Positions 29,945 through 44,087 of a stretch of 64,000 nucleotides of DNA are shown piece by piece (positions within the stretch are counted from its first letter, which is position 1; every line of letters starts with the position of its first letter). Made by a program: the position numbers and the translations under genes. Where the stretch lies: assembly GCA_964016885.1 (NCBI GenBank), contig OZ024741.1:212722001-212786000 (forward strand), given 5' to 3'. The notes under the pieces were generated by a model, which ran no database searches, was not told where the DNA came from, and worked only from the letters and a program-made list of their open reading frames with translations. This stretch comes from Eledone cirrhosa. Taxonomy: Eukaryota.

Positions 29945-30210
29945 AATAGAAAGGAAAACGATTTTTTTTCAGTAGAAAATGTTGAAGAGATTCTTTCTGA
30001 GAAATATCAAAAATTAATTTAATTTGCAATACCGGCTTCAGCATTGAATGCATTGTCAATTGCGTATATGCAAAATATTGTTAAGTTGCATATTTGCACA
30101 AATAGTGGAAATAATAATAATAATAAAAAAAATAATTAATTTTCATATACATGTTCATTCAGAGAAGAAAATTAATTTCTCAGTCCATCCTTCTATGCCA
30201 ATGACTTGAT
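29945..30210 (-). mobile_element. Family E copy with U3-A8 HHR motif
   Basis: Homologous to 8890-9200; on - at 30026-30063: gcaa TTGACAA t gcat tca atgc t GAAG ccgg ta ttgc. Confidence 0.6.
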
Positions 30211-30344
30211 ATATACATACAAAACGCCAGCACCAACAGTTTTGCAAGAGATGTCAACATGAATGGACCTATTATTTTTATCTAAAGACATTTTTTCAAA
30301 TTCTATCCCGCCCGTCACCTTAATCTATTTTATTTCTCATTCTT

Positions 30345-30382
30345 TCTTCTGATGAAGGACTAGTGTCTGAAACGTTAATACC
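30345..30382 (+). ncRNA. Minimal HHR-like motif in a PLE-type 3' relic
   Basis: CTGATGA a ggac tagt gtct GAAA cg tt aa; helix I weak. Confidence 0.5.
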
Positions 30383-30464
30383 CTCTTCCTGCTATATCAA
30401 GCGTTAACCCAATATATACCTTCCATATACTGTAGCGATTGTGTGTTTATTTCTGTTTACCTTT

Positions 30465-30526
<62 letters not shown>

Positions 30527-30535
30527 CATATATAT

Positions 30536-30647
<112 letters not shown>

Positions 30648-30855
30648 TATATATAGTGAAATAAAATAAGAAGGACGTTTGGTTACTCCTTCATTACGTT
30701 TATTGGTTGGTGACTCGCGTTTCATCCCTGATCAGCTCAAGGTTCGATCTGTATCGATCTGATCCAAAGCTGTAATGCGCGGCTCGTCAAACTCCATGTA
30801 ATGGTAATGGAAAAATGAACCTACAGTAACTACAAGTTACACTCCCTGGATATAA

Positions 30856-30998
<143 letters not shown>

Positions 30999-31379
30999 GT
31001 TATGTAATAAACAACATACGGCAATTATTTCATTTACCAGTTGTTTCTTAAAAGCAAACAAAGTTTGCTTTCAATCATCAGAATGAAAAAATCCTGGTGT
31101 ATTTATTGACATTGGATTTTAAAAGCAAAAATATAATCTTTATGAAAGTGAGGCTTGAAGAGGAAGAAGGAAAGGAAACATAAACACACATGCACACACT
31201 CACACACACATACAATTACATACACACACATATATACATACACATATATATACACATATATACACACACACATATATATGTATATATGTACATACACATA
31301 CATACATACACACATATATATCAACATATCCATACATACACATACACACAAATACACAAACGCGCACACACACACATAT

Positions 31380-31434
<55 letters not shown>

Positions 31435-31836
31435 CATATATATATACATACATACACACAATCATACATATATACACAAGTACATACACACACATACATA
31501 CACACATATATAGACGAATACGTACGCATGCACAAATATAGATATATGTACACACACCTACATACGCACACACCAATAATTATAAGAAAAAATATAGTAA
31601 TAAAAATACTGTCACATAAGTATAAAAATGAATATAAAAATTATTATAAAGTCCACAGCCATATATGCTACAAATAAATGAACAAACACATGTGGTAAGC
31701 AATACACACAATTGCACATACACATACATACGTAAAAATAAATACATACACACACACACATACACATACATATACATATACATATACACATACAATTACA
31801 TACACATATACATACACACACACATATATATACATC

Positions 31837-31872
<36 letters not shown>

Positions 31873-31879
31873 TATATAC

Positions 31880-31977
31880 ATACATATAGACAAAGACATA
31901 CATACAAACACATACACACACATACGTATGTGTGTAAAACTCATTCTTAGATGTATCCATATGAACCTTGTTTAACT

Positions 31978-32069
<92 letters not shown>

Positions 32070-33072
32070 TATACATACACACACATATATATACACATAC
32101 ACATACATACATACACACACAGATATATAAGAAAATACATAAATAATATATATATATATAAAAATAAAAAGTTGGGAATACGACAAATAATAAATAAATC
32201 AATAATTAGAAAACAGTATAAATGTATATAGCTAAATTAGAGCACTCAACAAGTTCCTGGACAAATGATCTATGAAAATAAGCATTAAATCACTGTAAGT
32301 AATTATGCATATACATACACACATACATATACATATATATATATGTATATATATACATCAACACACACAACCATACAAATACACACACATATACATATAC
32401 GTATAAATATACACATATAGGAAAAAGTATGACCCCATGGCAGAGCTCTCGCAAATAAGGTGTGGTAATTCAAGGATAAAATCATCCCGTACTCTATCGA
32501 TGGGTCTATTTTAGACCATTCGAGGGAGTACCAAAGGGGCACAAATAATTGTTCTTTGTGTACCACTGAAAAATTTAGGATTTTACGAAACGTGAAAGCC
32601 ACTTCAGCTTGCCTGAACTCCAAGACCGAGATCTTCAGATGTTGTCCTCACCCACCTGAAATCACATCTGATCTGTAGCTGGATTGCCATTCCTACGATA
32701 ACTCAACCACCCTGAACTTCTTCTCTGCTCTCTACGCCTTACATCCACTACGATTTTTTTACCTTCTGAATTCACTTTCTGTACTTTTATATTCTTTTTC
32801 TCCCTTATATCCCCTTATATTTAAACCTTTTCCTATGTCATATATTTTCCTTATCCCCCCCCCTCTACTTTCTACCTTACCCTTCACATACCCACCATTT
32901 TTATTTTTAGATATTTATTTCTGTGTATATGTGTGTATGTGTGTGTTGCGCATATGTGTATATATGTATATAAATATATATGTATATATATGTATGTGTG
33001 TATGTATGTTTATATATCTGTATGTATATGTATGTGTGTATATAATTGTATTTGAGATGCTTCTGTTGTATT

Positions 33073-33114
<42 letters not shown>

Positions 33115-33690
33115 GTGTGTGTGTGTGCGTGTGTATAATTGTGTGTGTGTATTTTTATATAATTGTTTTTTTCTGTGTATATATATAATAGCCTCAGAAA
33201 CGGCTTGAGCTCTGCCGTGGGGTCATACTTTTTCCTATATGTGTATATTTATACGTATATGTATGTATATGAGTGTGTATTTGTATGGTTGTGTGTGTGT
33301 GTGTAAATATATATATATATATGTATATGTATGTGTGTCTGTATATGCATAATTACATACAGTGATTTAATGCTTATTTATTTGTTGAGTGCTCTAATTC
33401 AGCTATATACATTTATACCCTTTTCTAATTATTTATTTATTTATTATTTGTCGTATTCCCAACTTTTTATTTATATATATTATTTATGTATTTTCTCATA
33501 TATATATGTGTGTGTATGTATGTATGTGTATGTGTATATATATGTGTGTGTATGTATATATATATATATATGTGTATATATATATTTAAGAGTTAAACAA
33601 GTTTTATATGAATACATCTAAGAATGAGTTTTACACACATACATATGTGTGTGTATGTATTTGTATGTATGTGTTTGTGTATATGTAATG

Positions 33691-33700
<10 letters not shown>
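31880..33700. mobile_element. Old inverted PLE insertion with GIY-YIG C-terminal fragment
   Basis: 32463-32655 (+) translates W*FKDKIIPYSIDGSILDHSREYQRGTNNCSLCTTEKFRILRNVKATSACLNSKTEIFRCCPH, resembling PLE endonuclease C-termini. 31920-32448 is an inverted copy of 33207-33650. Confidence 0.7.
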
Positions 33701-33736
<36 letters not shown>

Positions 33737-33739
33737 CCT

Positions 33740-35095
33740 GATACTGATACTCAAAAACTCACCAATGTCCAGTAGTGCTAAGTTTAATATTCTGATCGCA
33801 GACCTGGTATGAGTGATGAAGAATGTGTCCTGCATGTGCGACCCAACTGAAATGGAAAGACACATCCAACACTTCATCAACTGCATGCAGTTCTCTGGCT
33901 ACAACCAAAGAGACAGAGTCAGAGTATACGAAGGAGCCATGGAGAAGTATAAGACCCTCATAGAACTGGACATGAAAGGAATTTGCCCATTATACAGGAG
34001 TAAACCATGGAATAGCTTAGATAGGGAAGGCCACATCATGGTATGACAACCAGAGATACCAGAGTGTCATGTTTGTTGGCGCTATCCCTGGAGGGAAATT
34101 AGCTAACCAGTGTAGAAAGGCCCTGAGAAAGACCCACTTAAAAATTAAGGTGGTAGAAAAGCCAGGAACCACCATAAAATCCCTGATCAGCAGAACCTAC
34201 CATTTTAAGAAAACCCACTGTACTAATAGGAAATGTATCATATGTAAGGTAAACCCCCGGATAAACTGTAAAACTAGAAACGTAGTCTATAGCATAAGAT
34301 GTACAGAGGGTACTTGCAGAAACATGACAACAACATACATAGCCGAGACAGCTCGTAGCATAGGTGAAAGGATAGACCAACACTGGGGGGAACGAAAAGG
34401 AAGAAAAAACTGTTCAGTACTATAAGAACATGCCAGAAAACAACACGACAGGAACATAGACAACATAGAAATTAGAATAATATCTAAACATAGAAATGAT
34501 CCAGCATATAGGCAAATCAGAGATGCCAGTGAAACAGAAAGAAAGAATGGAATAAACAGCACCCAAACAAACAACACTGACCAAAAAAAAGTATAAATAA
34601 ATAGATAGATAAATAAATAAAAAAATACATACACAAGCACAATAACACATATAAACACACACTAGTAAAGATAGAATACATTAACCAATACACAGTCACC
34701 CAATCACGAACACACATCAAACAAAACACTATACACACTCGCAAACGCATGCGCAAAAAAGACAAAATAAAATAAACAAATAAATAAATATATAAACAGA
34801 CTAAATAAAGATGGCATAGAAAATACAATGCAACGGGAGGAAACAATAGCACCACTGACGTTGTTGCAGATGTGCAAGGAAAGAACTTTGATAAACGATA
34901 TATGTGTTTGTGTCTATATTGTATATGTATTATTTTTGACCGTTGGTCAGTCAATGGCAACATTGAGGACCGAATAAATTAGATTGCCGATATATAAGAA
35001 ACAGAAGCGAAAAGCGAAAATCAACCAAACAGTGAGTGTGTTCTGTTATTAATTCTGGCAATATTACACAAATATGACCCTCCCCAAGTATAACA

Positions 35096-35099
<4 letters not shown>
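33740..35099 (+). pseudogene. 5'-truncated decayed Penelope-like element (RT thumb + GIY-YIG + 3' UTR)
   Basis: ILIADLV*VMKNVS..MQFSGYNQRDR and CIICKVNPRINCKTRNVVYSIRC..YIAETARSIGER, homologous to 58240-59060; ends at ccctccccaagtataacaat+(AT)n. Confidence 0.85.
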
Positions 35100-35128
<29 letters not shown>

Positions 35129-35129
35129 C

Positions 35130-35228
<99 letters not shown>

Positions 35229-35685
35229 AGAATCGTGACAAAAAAGCAGAAAACAGCAAGAACGAATTTTCTGTATTTAAAAATATTGCTCGGTACATGG
35301 CTAACAGATGCCGGATGGCTGAATGCACCTAGATCTAAGTTTACGTGTAACATATAGAAAGTATGAATACGAAAGCCGATTGTGTGCGCATGGAACGGAA
35401 GCTTATCTTTATTTTCATTTTATTTTGTTTTTGATAAGCACGAAATTGTATAAACCAATAGTATATTAAAAATGGATCCTCTGCGAGAAAGTATCGTATC
35501 GATAACTGTTCCTCTAGAGCAGAACTTATTGGATAACTGACAAGACCAAACCAACCTCAGCTTAGCTGTTTGTTCTTTGCAATACTGCTGAGCTATGCTG
35601 CGCTATGCTGTACTGAGAACAGGGTGGATGTGTGTAATCGCATGTATATACATTGTGTATTGTGTAGCGTACATTCTAAAGGCAT

Positions 35686-35835
<150 letters not shown>

Positions 35836-35846
35836 CTGTATATATA

Positions 35847-36000
<154 letters not shown>

Positions 36001-36058
36001 GATATAATATAATACAAACTACAATGTGAAAAGTTATTAGTAATAAAAATAATAGTAA

Positions 36059-36709
36059 TCTCCTTATAATATATAACCAGCAATTTCTCTGTCTGTCTGT
36101 CCGACAGTGGAAACACGTGCGCACGTGGTTGCTATCTCTCTCTCTCTCTCCAACTATCCCTTTCTTTTAGTCTGTCTGTTTCTCTCACTCTCACTCGTTC
36201 TCTTTGTAACACACTAACATTCCTCCCCTCTATCGCTGTGACGAATGGGGAGATGGAGAGTGTCACTTCGTCACTTCACCTCTGCCTTTCTTTCTCCCCC
36301 CTCTCACTCCCTCATTACGTACAGGCATTAGGGCGGTGGATTAGCAGAATCTGTAGAGAGTCGGACACCATGCTTCATAGCATGGAGTTATGTTCCTTTA
36401 CGGTCTGAGTGCAAACACCGCCGAGGTTAACTTTGCCTTTCATCCTCACGGGGTCGATAAAATAAAGTACCAGTAATGTACTGGGTTATTGCTGGCCTTG
36501 TGCCAAAAGTAGAAACAATTATTAGAAACATTGCTTCATTTTTACATATCTAAGCATTAGTAAAATAACTAATAATTTCAAAAGTAATTTTTCAATTTCA
36601 ATTGTTATGAACAGCAAAACATTAATAACAATTTTGTTCTAAGAAATATATATACATTTCTGTGTGTAATATATATACACACAGAAATATATATACATTT
36701 CTGTGTGTG

Positions 36710-36764
<55 letters not shown>

Positions 36765-37315
36765 GAAATATATGGGCATTTCTCTGTTTGTCTGTCTGTC
36801 TGTCTGTCTGTCCTACCCTAAAACTCAAATGTAGGTGCTACAGAAATATTACCTTCCCCTTTCTTTCTCCACTTTGGTACTACCAAGAGAAACACTGTCG
36901 CTATAGAAACATTACCTTCCCCTCTCCACTGACTTTGGTCACTGAGGCCGAAGGAATCGCTGGTTGCTATAGAGACACCTTGCACGAGCCATAAGTAACC
37001 AGTTCGAGGCGGTTCTGACTTGACACTATGCCAAGGACCATTTGAAGATATATTTCCATCGTTATATCATAACGTTTATGTATCATAACGTTTATATTTC
37101 CGTCACTAATCTCTTTTTCTCCTTTTTCGTTTTAACATATATTTATTTCAAAGATTTCACCGTATAGATAACATATATATTTATACATGCATAAAAGACA
37201 CACCGAGACGATGAACATGTGGTGCCGAAAACATTTCTCATCCAAATCTCAACAATATCAGTATATACACTAGATTTGCTACCAGAAAACCGCCCACCGG
37301 GTGGTTTTCTGCTAG
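36059..37315 (+). mobile_element. Non-autonomous Helitron (interrupted by a SINE)
   Basis: A|TC..tataatatataac start followed by (ctgt)n; 3' hairpin cagaaaaccgcccaccgggtggttttctg then CTAG|T. Pairing of the two ends is inferred. Confidence 0.5.
36331..36522 (+). mobile_element. SINE S1
   Basis: Full length. Confidence 0.9.
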
Positions 37316-38153
37316 TCTATATATATAAAACTGAGGATGTCTGTTTGTGTGTGTGTGAGTTTCAATCGCTAAAACTAGAGAACCACCCAACAGACTCTTT
37401 TCAAACTTTACATATGTAATACTTATGTTTCAGAGAGTGTTCTGAGCAAAACAAATTTCAAATTTTCAATGTCCTAGCGACCGCATTAGGCAATTTTCCG
37501 ATCTCTCTCTATAATTCTTAGTCTTTCTCTTTTCAGATAGATACATACATATAACATGGCGCCCTTATAATATCTGTCTGTATGTCTGCCTGTCTGCACT
37601 ACGTCACTTGCCTGACGATGTCTGTGTGTGTGAGTTTGAATCCCTAAAAGTCGAGAAGTACCCAACCGACTTTTTTCAAACTTTACATGTGTATTACTTA
37701 TATTTCAGGGAGTGTTATGCACATAAAAAATTCAAATTGTAACTATTGTAAAAAATTCAAATTGTAACTATGTATTAGTCAGTCTCTTCTTCATACCGTG
37801 AGCAAAGAAAATCGAACTTTCTTATGGCCTAGGGCCGGCATTAGGTGAAAAACTTGATTTTTTTCAGCTTTTTAGTGCTTTTTTGAGGCGTTACGTCTAG
37901 CTGATTTTTCCCGAAATTTCAAGGCATCATATGCACACAAAAAAATTCATTTTCTTGATCCCCTAGGGCCCTCATTAGGTGAAAAACTGCATTTTTCCTG
38001 CTTCATCGAGGAAAATCTTAAAGAATATTCAGCCATCATTCGGTTTATTTTCTTTACATACTGTCCACGCATGCAGTTTTTCGACGATTAGGTCTGTTGG
38101 CGGCCCGCGTTCCAAAATACTTTATCCCGTGCTACACCGGGTACCACTGCTAG
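37316..38153 (+). mobile_element. Non-autonomous Helitron
   Basis: 5' TCTATATATATAAA; 3' hairpin cccgtgctacaccggg then CTAG|T; internal repeat starting at 37338 and 37619. Confidence 0.7.
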
Positions 38154-38178
38154 TTAATAAAAATAATAGTAATATTAA

Positions 38179-38367
38179 TAATTGTTTCTATTTTGGCACA
38201 AGGCCAGCAATTATCCCAGTGCATTACTGGTACTTTATTTTATCGACCCCGTAAGTGTGAAAGGCAAGGTTAACCTCGCTGGGATTTGAACTTAGACCGT
38301 AAAGGGGCGTAACTCTTTGCTGTAAAGCATGGTGACCGACCCTCTACCGATACTGCCAATCCACCGA
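38179..38367 (-). mobile_element. SINE S1
   Basis: TSD tagtaatattaataat on both sides. Confidence 0.9.
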
Positions 38368-38651
38368 CCTAGTAATATTAATAATAATAGCAAAATATTA
38401 GTATTAGAAGTTTCTGTTGTTGCTGATGCTGTTGTTGTATTGGTGGTAGTAGTATTAGTATTAGTGGGAAGGCATATAGTGGTCATGATAATGATGATAT
38501 GTGAAGAGATAAATATGTAACAATGTGAAACAACAGAACAGAACACCAAGACAGAGAAACAAGAACAAGAACAACAACAGCAACAACAACGACCGCAACA
38601 ACAACCACAACTGCAACAACAACAACAACAACAATAATAATAATAATAATA

Positions 38652-38835
38652 ATTGCTTATACTTTTGGCACAAGGCCAGCAATTAATCAGTGCATTACTG
38701 GTACTTTATTTTATCGACCCCGTAAGGAGGAAAGGCAAAGTTAACCTCGGCGGGATTTGAACTCAGACTGTAAAGGGATGTAACTATGCTAGAAAACATG
38801 GCGTCCAACCCTCTACCGATAGTGCCAATTCACCG
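38652..38835 (-). mobile_element. SINE S1 inserted in (TAA)n
   Basis: rc of S1 consensus. Confidence 0.9.
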
Positions 38836-38924
38836 AATAATAATAATAATAATAATAATAAGGGAAGAAGATGCATGTGGTGGATCGAATGTTATGGAAT
38901 CGCTCCCGTAATTTTTTTTTTTTT

Positions 38925-39580
38925 AACATATTTAAACAATCGTGATATAAAAAATTCTTAGTACAAATGAGACATAAATCGCCAGACTCAGCTCTCAGAA
39001 AATTAGGATCCATAATATCCTGTTATATCGCTCAAATATTCAATTTTGTATTATAAATGTTATATTCAAAAAGAAAATGGTTATAAATGGAAGAAAACCC
39101 CCTCTGTCTACACTATATAGAACAACCAAATAACAGCAATTTCACCAACACCACAAACTAGATACACCACCTATCCCATCACCCCTCTGTGTAGACTAAA
39201 TAGAATAGCCAGATAACGGCAATTTCACCACCACTACCACCAATCCCAGCATAATAATAATAATTACTATTATTTATCTCAAATTTTCTCAAAATGTTTA
39301 ATTCAAATATTAAGGAAATATTTCAACACATATATTGAACATGCGCGACAAACGCATACTACTACAGTCTATTCAACAAAACTCAGTAACGACAACGCCA
39401 TCATTATAGTCACCGCCGCCACCACTCCATCATTGCTACCACTATCCCATCACCGCCGCCACCACTTTTTCATTGCTACCACCACTATTCCCCCACTACC
39501 TTCTGTTAACTTAAGAAATAGGAAGGTGGCGGCATCACTAGACAAGGGAGAGGCTAGCAAAAGATATAAATAGACTGACT
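38925..39580 (+). repeat. Unclassified interspersed repeat (inverted copy at 47910-48510)
   Basis: aacatatttaaac..ctcaaatattcaa..aatggttataaatggaagaa..cactatatag shared in opposite orientation. Confidence 0.65.
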
Positions 39581-39829
39581 TAGTGACTCGATCAAACGTC
39601 AACGACTATGGCACTGCTGACTCCCCCTTCCCCACCAACAATAGAAAAAGCCCCAGCACCACCACCGACATAGCCAACAACAATAACAGGCAACTTAAAA
39701 AAAAAGTACATTATATTATTAATAATAATTTCATTCTGAAGCCACGCAATGCTCACATTAAGGAACCACTCATGATAATAACAATTTAAAAAACAACAAA
39801 AAAGAAAACCCCGTGACCAAGAAATAACG

Positions 39830-42800
39830 ATATGGCGGCCGTCGGGGAATAGCCGTGTCTCTAGGGGAGGACGAACCCTCTGTTCTTGGTTGACACTCGT
39901 CCTAGAAGTGGTAACGCGGAATGATTGACCCTTGGAGGTTAAGGATAAAACGCGACAAAATAAAGTAAATGTCAAATGATAAAATCACATACCGGATCGG
40001 CCGTCACCTGGGTCAAAAAGAGCCGCGTCCCTCAGAGAGGAACCAGACTGAGGTCGAAAAATCAGCTAATGGTTCACACCTTCCCATCACTTCGGCGCTG
40101 GAGACCTCCCATAACCGGAATACTCCTACTGAGAGAGAAAAATGATCAAGGGAAGACAATAAAGAAGTTCTTGTGGCTTTCTACACTGCCATGTACTACC
40201 CATCCAATAGATCGAATACAGAACAGACATATATCAACTGGAAAAAGAAACATCCCGAAAACAGCGGCTATATTGACAGTAAAAAACTAGCCAATATACG
40301 AAGAAATATTGTTTTAAAAAAGTTACTAACTGATATAGAAATTGATCAGATCAAAGTCAGCGAAGGGAAAATGAAACATGTGTCAGTGAAAACGAGGTAA
40401 ATTGTAACACTTCGAATCCCAGGGTTGGAGCGGAATCACTGACAACAGATCAAATTAAAGAAAGGATCGAAAAGTTGGAGGGAGTGCATGCTCATGATGA
40501 AACTCAAAATGAAAACAATGAGATCGTAAATGATGAAGAAATGAATGAGAATGAACTTGCCAACTTGAACGATGAAATTATGATCGAATGGATGTAAATG
40601 AAAGAATCTGACATGGGAGAGCGAGACACTCTCCATAAGATCCAGAACTACAAACAGAACCAAAAGATAATACACAAGACTAACATAATTCTCAAAAACA
40701 TTATCATCACAAACAAACTAAACATTACTGATTTAAATCATTTCTATTATGCATCGGCTAAAGTCACCACTCACTTATGTGGAGTGAAAATGACAAAACA
40801 AAGGAATTCTCACAAGAAATCTACTTGGCAAAAGAACATCAAACGCCAAATAAACCTTCTCCGATCTGACATAGAAATTTTAACAAACTACAAAGTAGTT
40901 GAACATGTTAAACAAACTAAAGTTAGAAAATTGAAAAGAAAATACAGTATAAAATCAACAAGTGACATAGACATACTGATAGAAATAATAAAGCAAAAAG
41001 TGTCGGCCAAAGGTGCTGGTATAAGGCGCTTTGAAAAACGATCTAGATTCTATAAGGACAATAATATGTTCAAAAACAACAAAAGAAACTTCTACAGAAA
41101 AAATTGGCAAGTCAACAATAACTGCTAAATCAATACCACCCAAGGAGGAAGTGCAAGAATTCTGGGAAAAGATCTGGGCCGAAGAAAAAGTTCATAATAT
41201 TCATGCCCCATGGATAGACAGACAAATGAAAGATACAGCTCACCTTGAGGAACAAATATGGGAAAATATAACAGTTGAACAGTTGCATTTGGCTCTTAGA
41301 AAAACCAGCAAATGGAAATCCCCAGGAAAAGACAAAATACCTAATTTTTGGATAAATGCCTTCACAGAGTCTCATGAGCTGTTAGCCCAACTTTACAATG
41401 AAATAGTTAAGGAGCCAGAAAAGATACCATCATGGTTAGTAAACGGCATTACATTCCTGCTTCCGAAGAATGATGAGACAAACAATCCCTAAAATTACAG
41501 ACCGATAACTTGCTTGACCACAATGTATAACATTTTAACATCAGTCCTAACTGAATATACATATGACCACCTGATATCAAATGAGCTATTTCCCAATGAG
41601 CAGAAAGGGTGTAAACGAGGCTCATATGGCTGTAAGGATCAGCTTTTGGTTAACAAAATGATACTGGAAGGTTGTCATAATAGACACAAAATATATCAAT
41701 TACTTGGATAGATTATAAAAAAGCATTCGATAGTTTGCCACACAGTTGGATTGAAAAAAGTTTAGACATTTTCAAAATATCTCCCGTTGTCAGGAGGTTC
41801 CTGTCATTCAGTATGAAGACATGGAAAACGACACTCCTTTTGAATAGTGAAAAAAAATCATTGGAAGCTGGAGAAGTTAATATTAATTGTGGAATTTTTC
41901 AGGGTGACTCTTTATCACCGCTTTTATTCTGCATCGCACTTATACCATTAAGTAAAATGCTCAATGAAACAAAACATGGATATAAAGTCTATGACAAAAC
42001 CATTAATCACCTGTTTTACATGGATGACCTGAAACTATTTGCAAAAAATGATGAACAATTGCAAGGGCTATTATCCACTGTGGAGAAGTTCAGTGATGAC
42101 ATTAAAATGGAGTTTGGACTAGATAAATGCGCCAAAGCAACGTTCACCAGAGGAAAGCTGCTGAAGAGTTCAGACATTAATCTTGATCGGGGGAACGTGA
42201 TAAGAGAACTTGATCAAGGAAAACTTACAAATATCTAGGTGTTTGTGAAGGAGACGGAATCAAGCACTCGACAATGAGGTAAAGGATAAGGAAGGAATGT
42301 TACCGCAGAGTAAGAGCAATCTTAAGAACGGAATTGAATGCAAGGAATAGGATCGATGCCATAAACACGCTTGCCATACCAGTAGTAACCTACAGTTACA
42401 ATGTCATCAACTGGTCAAGCACAGAGATCCGTAGGCTCGATACAAAAATTCGAAAATTCTTAACCATGCACAGAATGCATCACCCTAAGGCAGATATAGA
42501 TAGATTATATCTCCCTAGGAAAGAAGGAGGACGTGGGTTAATCCAGTTAGACATTGCGTTAAAAACTGCGACAATTGGATTATCTACATATCTAAGGGAA
42601 TCACATGATTGGATGATCAAACTCGTTTTGAAACACGAAAGCATCAAAAGATCATATTCCATTACAAAAGATGCACAAAGATACAGTAATGGACTACAAA
42701 TTTCAGAAGTCTCATTTACTGCTGAAATGGAAAACACAGAAAAAGCAAAGCAGGTAAAAGTAACTGCAAAGAAAGAACTGCTACAGAAACTGGCTAAGAA

Positions 42801-43605
42801 ATGGCAAGAAAAGCCTCTGTATGGAAAATACCCAGAGCGAGCTAACAATGCTGATGTTGACAAAACTTTAACCCATCAGTGGTTGGCATCCTCCGGACTG
42901 AAATCGTAGACTGAAGGACTGATTATATTAGCACAAGATCAGTGACTGCCAACAAAAACTTACCAAGCCAACATAATAAAAAATGGATGCAACCCATTAT
43001 GCCGTGTATGTAAAAAACAACCAGAGACTATTGATCATATAATTTCAATGTGCAGCCCTATATCCCCAACCGAATACCTAAACAGGCATGACAGAGCTGC
43101 ACAATACATACATTGGATAATGTGTAAGCATTTTGACCTGTCCCATCAAAAGAATTGGTGGGAGCATCAGCCTCCTCCCATACTTGAAAAAGATCACATG
43201 TCAATCTTGTGGAACTTTAGCATCCAAACAGACCGAAAAATAGATGCAAATAGACCTTATATAATACTGAAGGACTTTAAAAAGAGGGTATGCCTACTAA
43301 CTGATATGTCCGTTCCAATAGACAAGAATGTATTTATAAAAACATGTGAATATTCGAGCAAGTGTAAGGACCTGGAGATAGAAATTGGAAAAATGTGGAA
43401 ATTCAGAACTAAAACAATACCAGTGGTTGTAGGCGCTTTAGGAATGATACCTAAGGGGTCTAATGATTACTTATCGCAAATCCCAGGAAACCCGCGTATA
43501 GGACCTTGTTGTCGGACCTTGTTGTCTCTTGAGGTCACTGGTTGTGACTTGGTGATAACTCGTATGAACATCAAGCAAGATAAATGCAACTGTAATAATA
43601 ATAAT
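39830..43605 (+). pseudogene. Decayed R4/Dong-clade non-LTR retrotransposon
   Basis: Fragments WKSPGKDKIPNFW, NEQKGCKRG, GIFQGDSLSPLLF, HLFYMDDLKL, RHD, ANRP(Y)II; multiple stops and frameshifts; ends in (TAA)n. Confidence 0.9.
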
Positions 43606-43820
43606 GATTTCTCGTATAGGCACAAGGCCAGTAATTTTGGGGAGGGGAAAGTCGATTAAATCGACCCCAGTACGTAACTGGTGCTTTATTTTATCGACCC
43701 CGTAAGGATGAAAGGCAAAGTTAACCTCGGCGGGATTTGAACTCAGAATGGCAAGGGCCGTAACTCTATGCGTCAAAGCATGGCGTCCGACCCACTACCG
43801 ATACTGCCAATTCACCGCCC
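43606..43820 (-). mobile_element. SINE S1
   Basis: rc of S1 with variant tail. Confidence 0.85.
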
Positions 43821-44087
43821 TATAACTCCTAATAATAATAATAATTATGATAAACAAGGAATGGAGAGTGGGATTTCTCTATCCTCTGGTATCAAAGCAC
43901 ATCTGGAAGACATATTCATGTGTATATATTTACTACGATAAAGATATTGTTGTTACTGTTGTTGTTGTTGCTCTAGTATTATTATTATTATTATTATTAT
44001 TGTTATTGTTATTCCTTGAATCTCAGTCATTGATGTTGGTTAACTGGAAAGTCCGTTGGATTGAATATCAAGCCACTACCTGCAGCC

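Noticed and set aside
43495-43530. Novel C-terminus of the R4 ORF (GPCCRTLL..)
   Set aside because: Deletion plus short duplication relative to the copy at 48532-49040.
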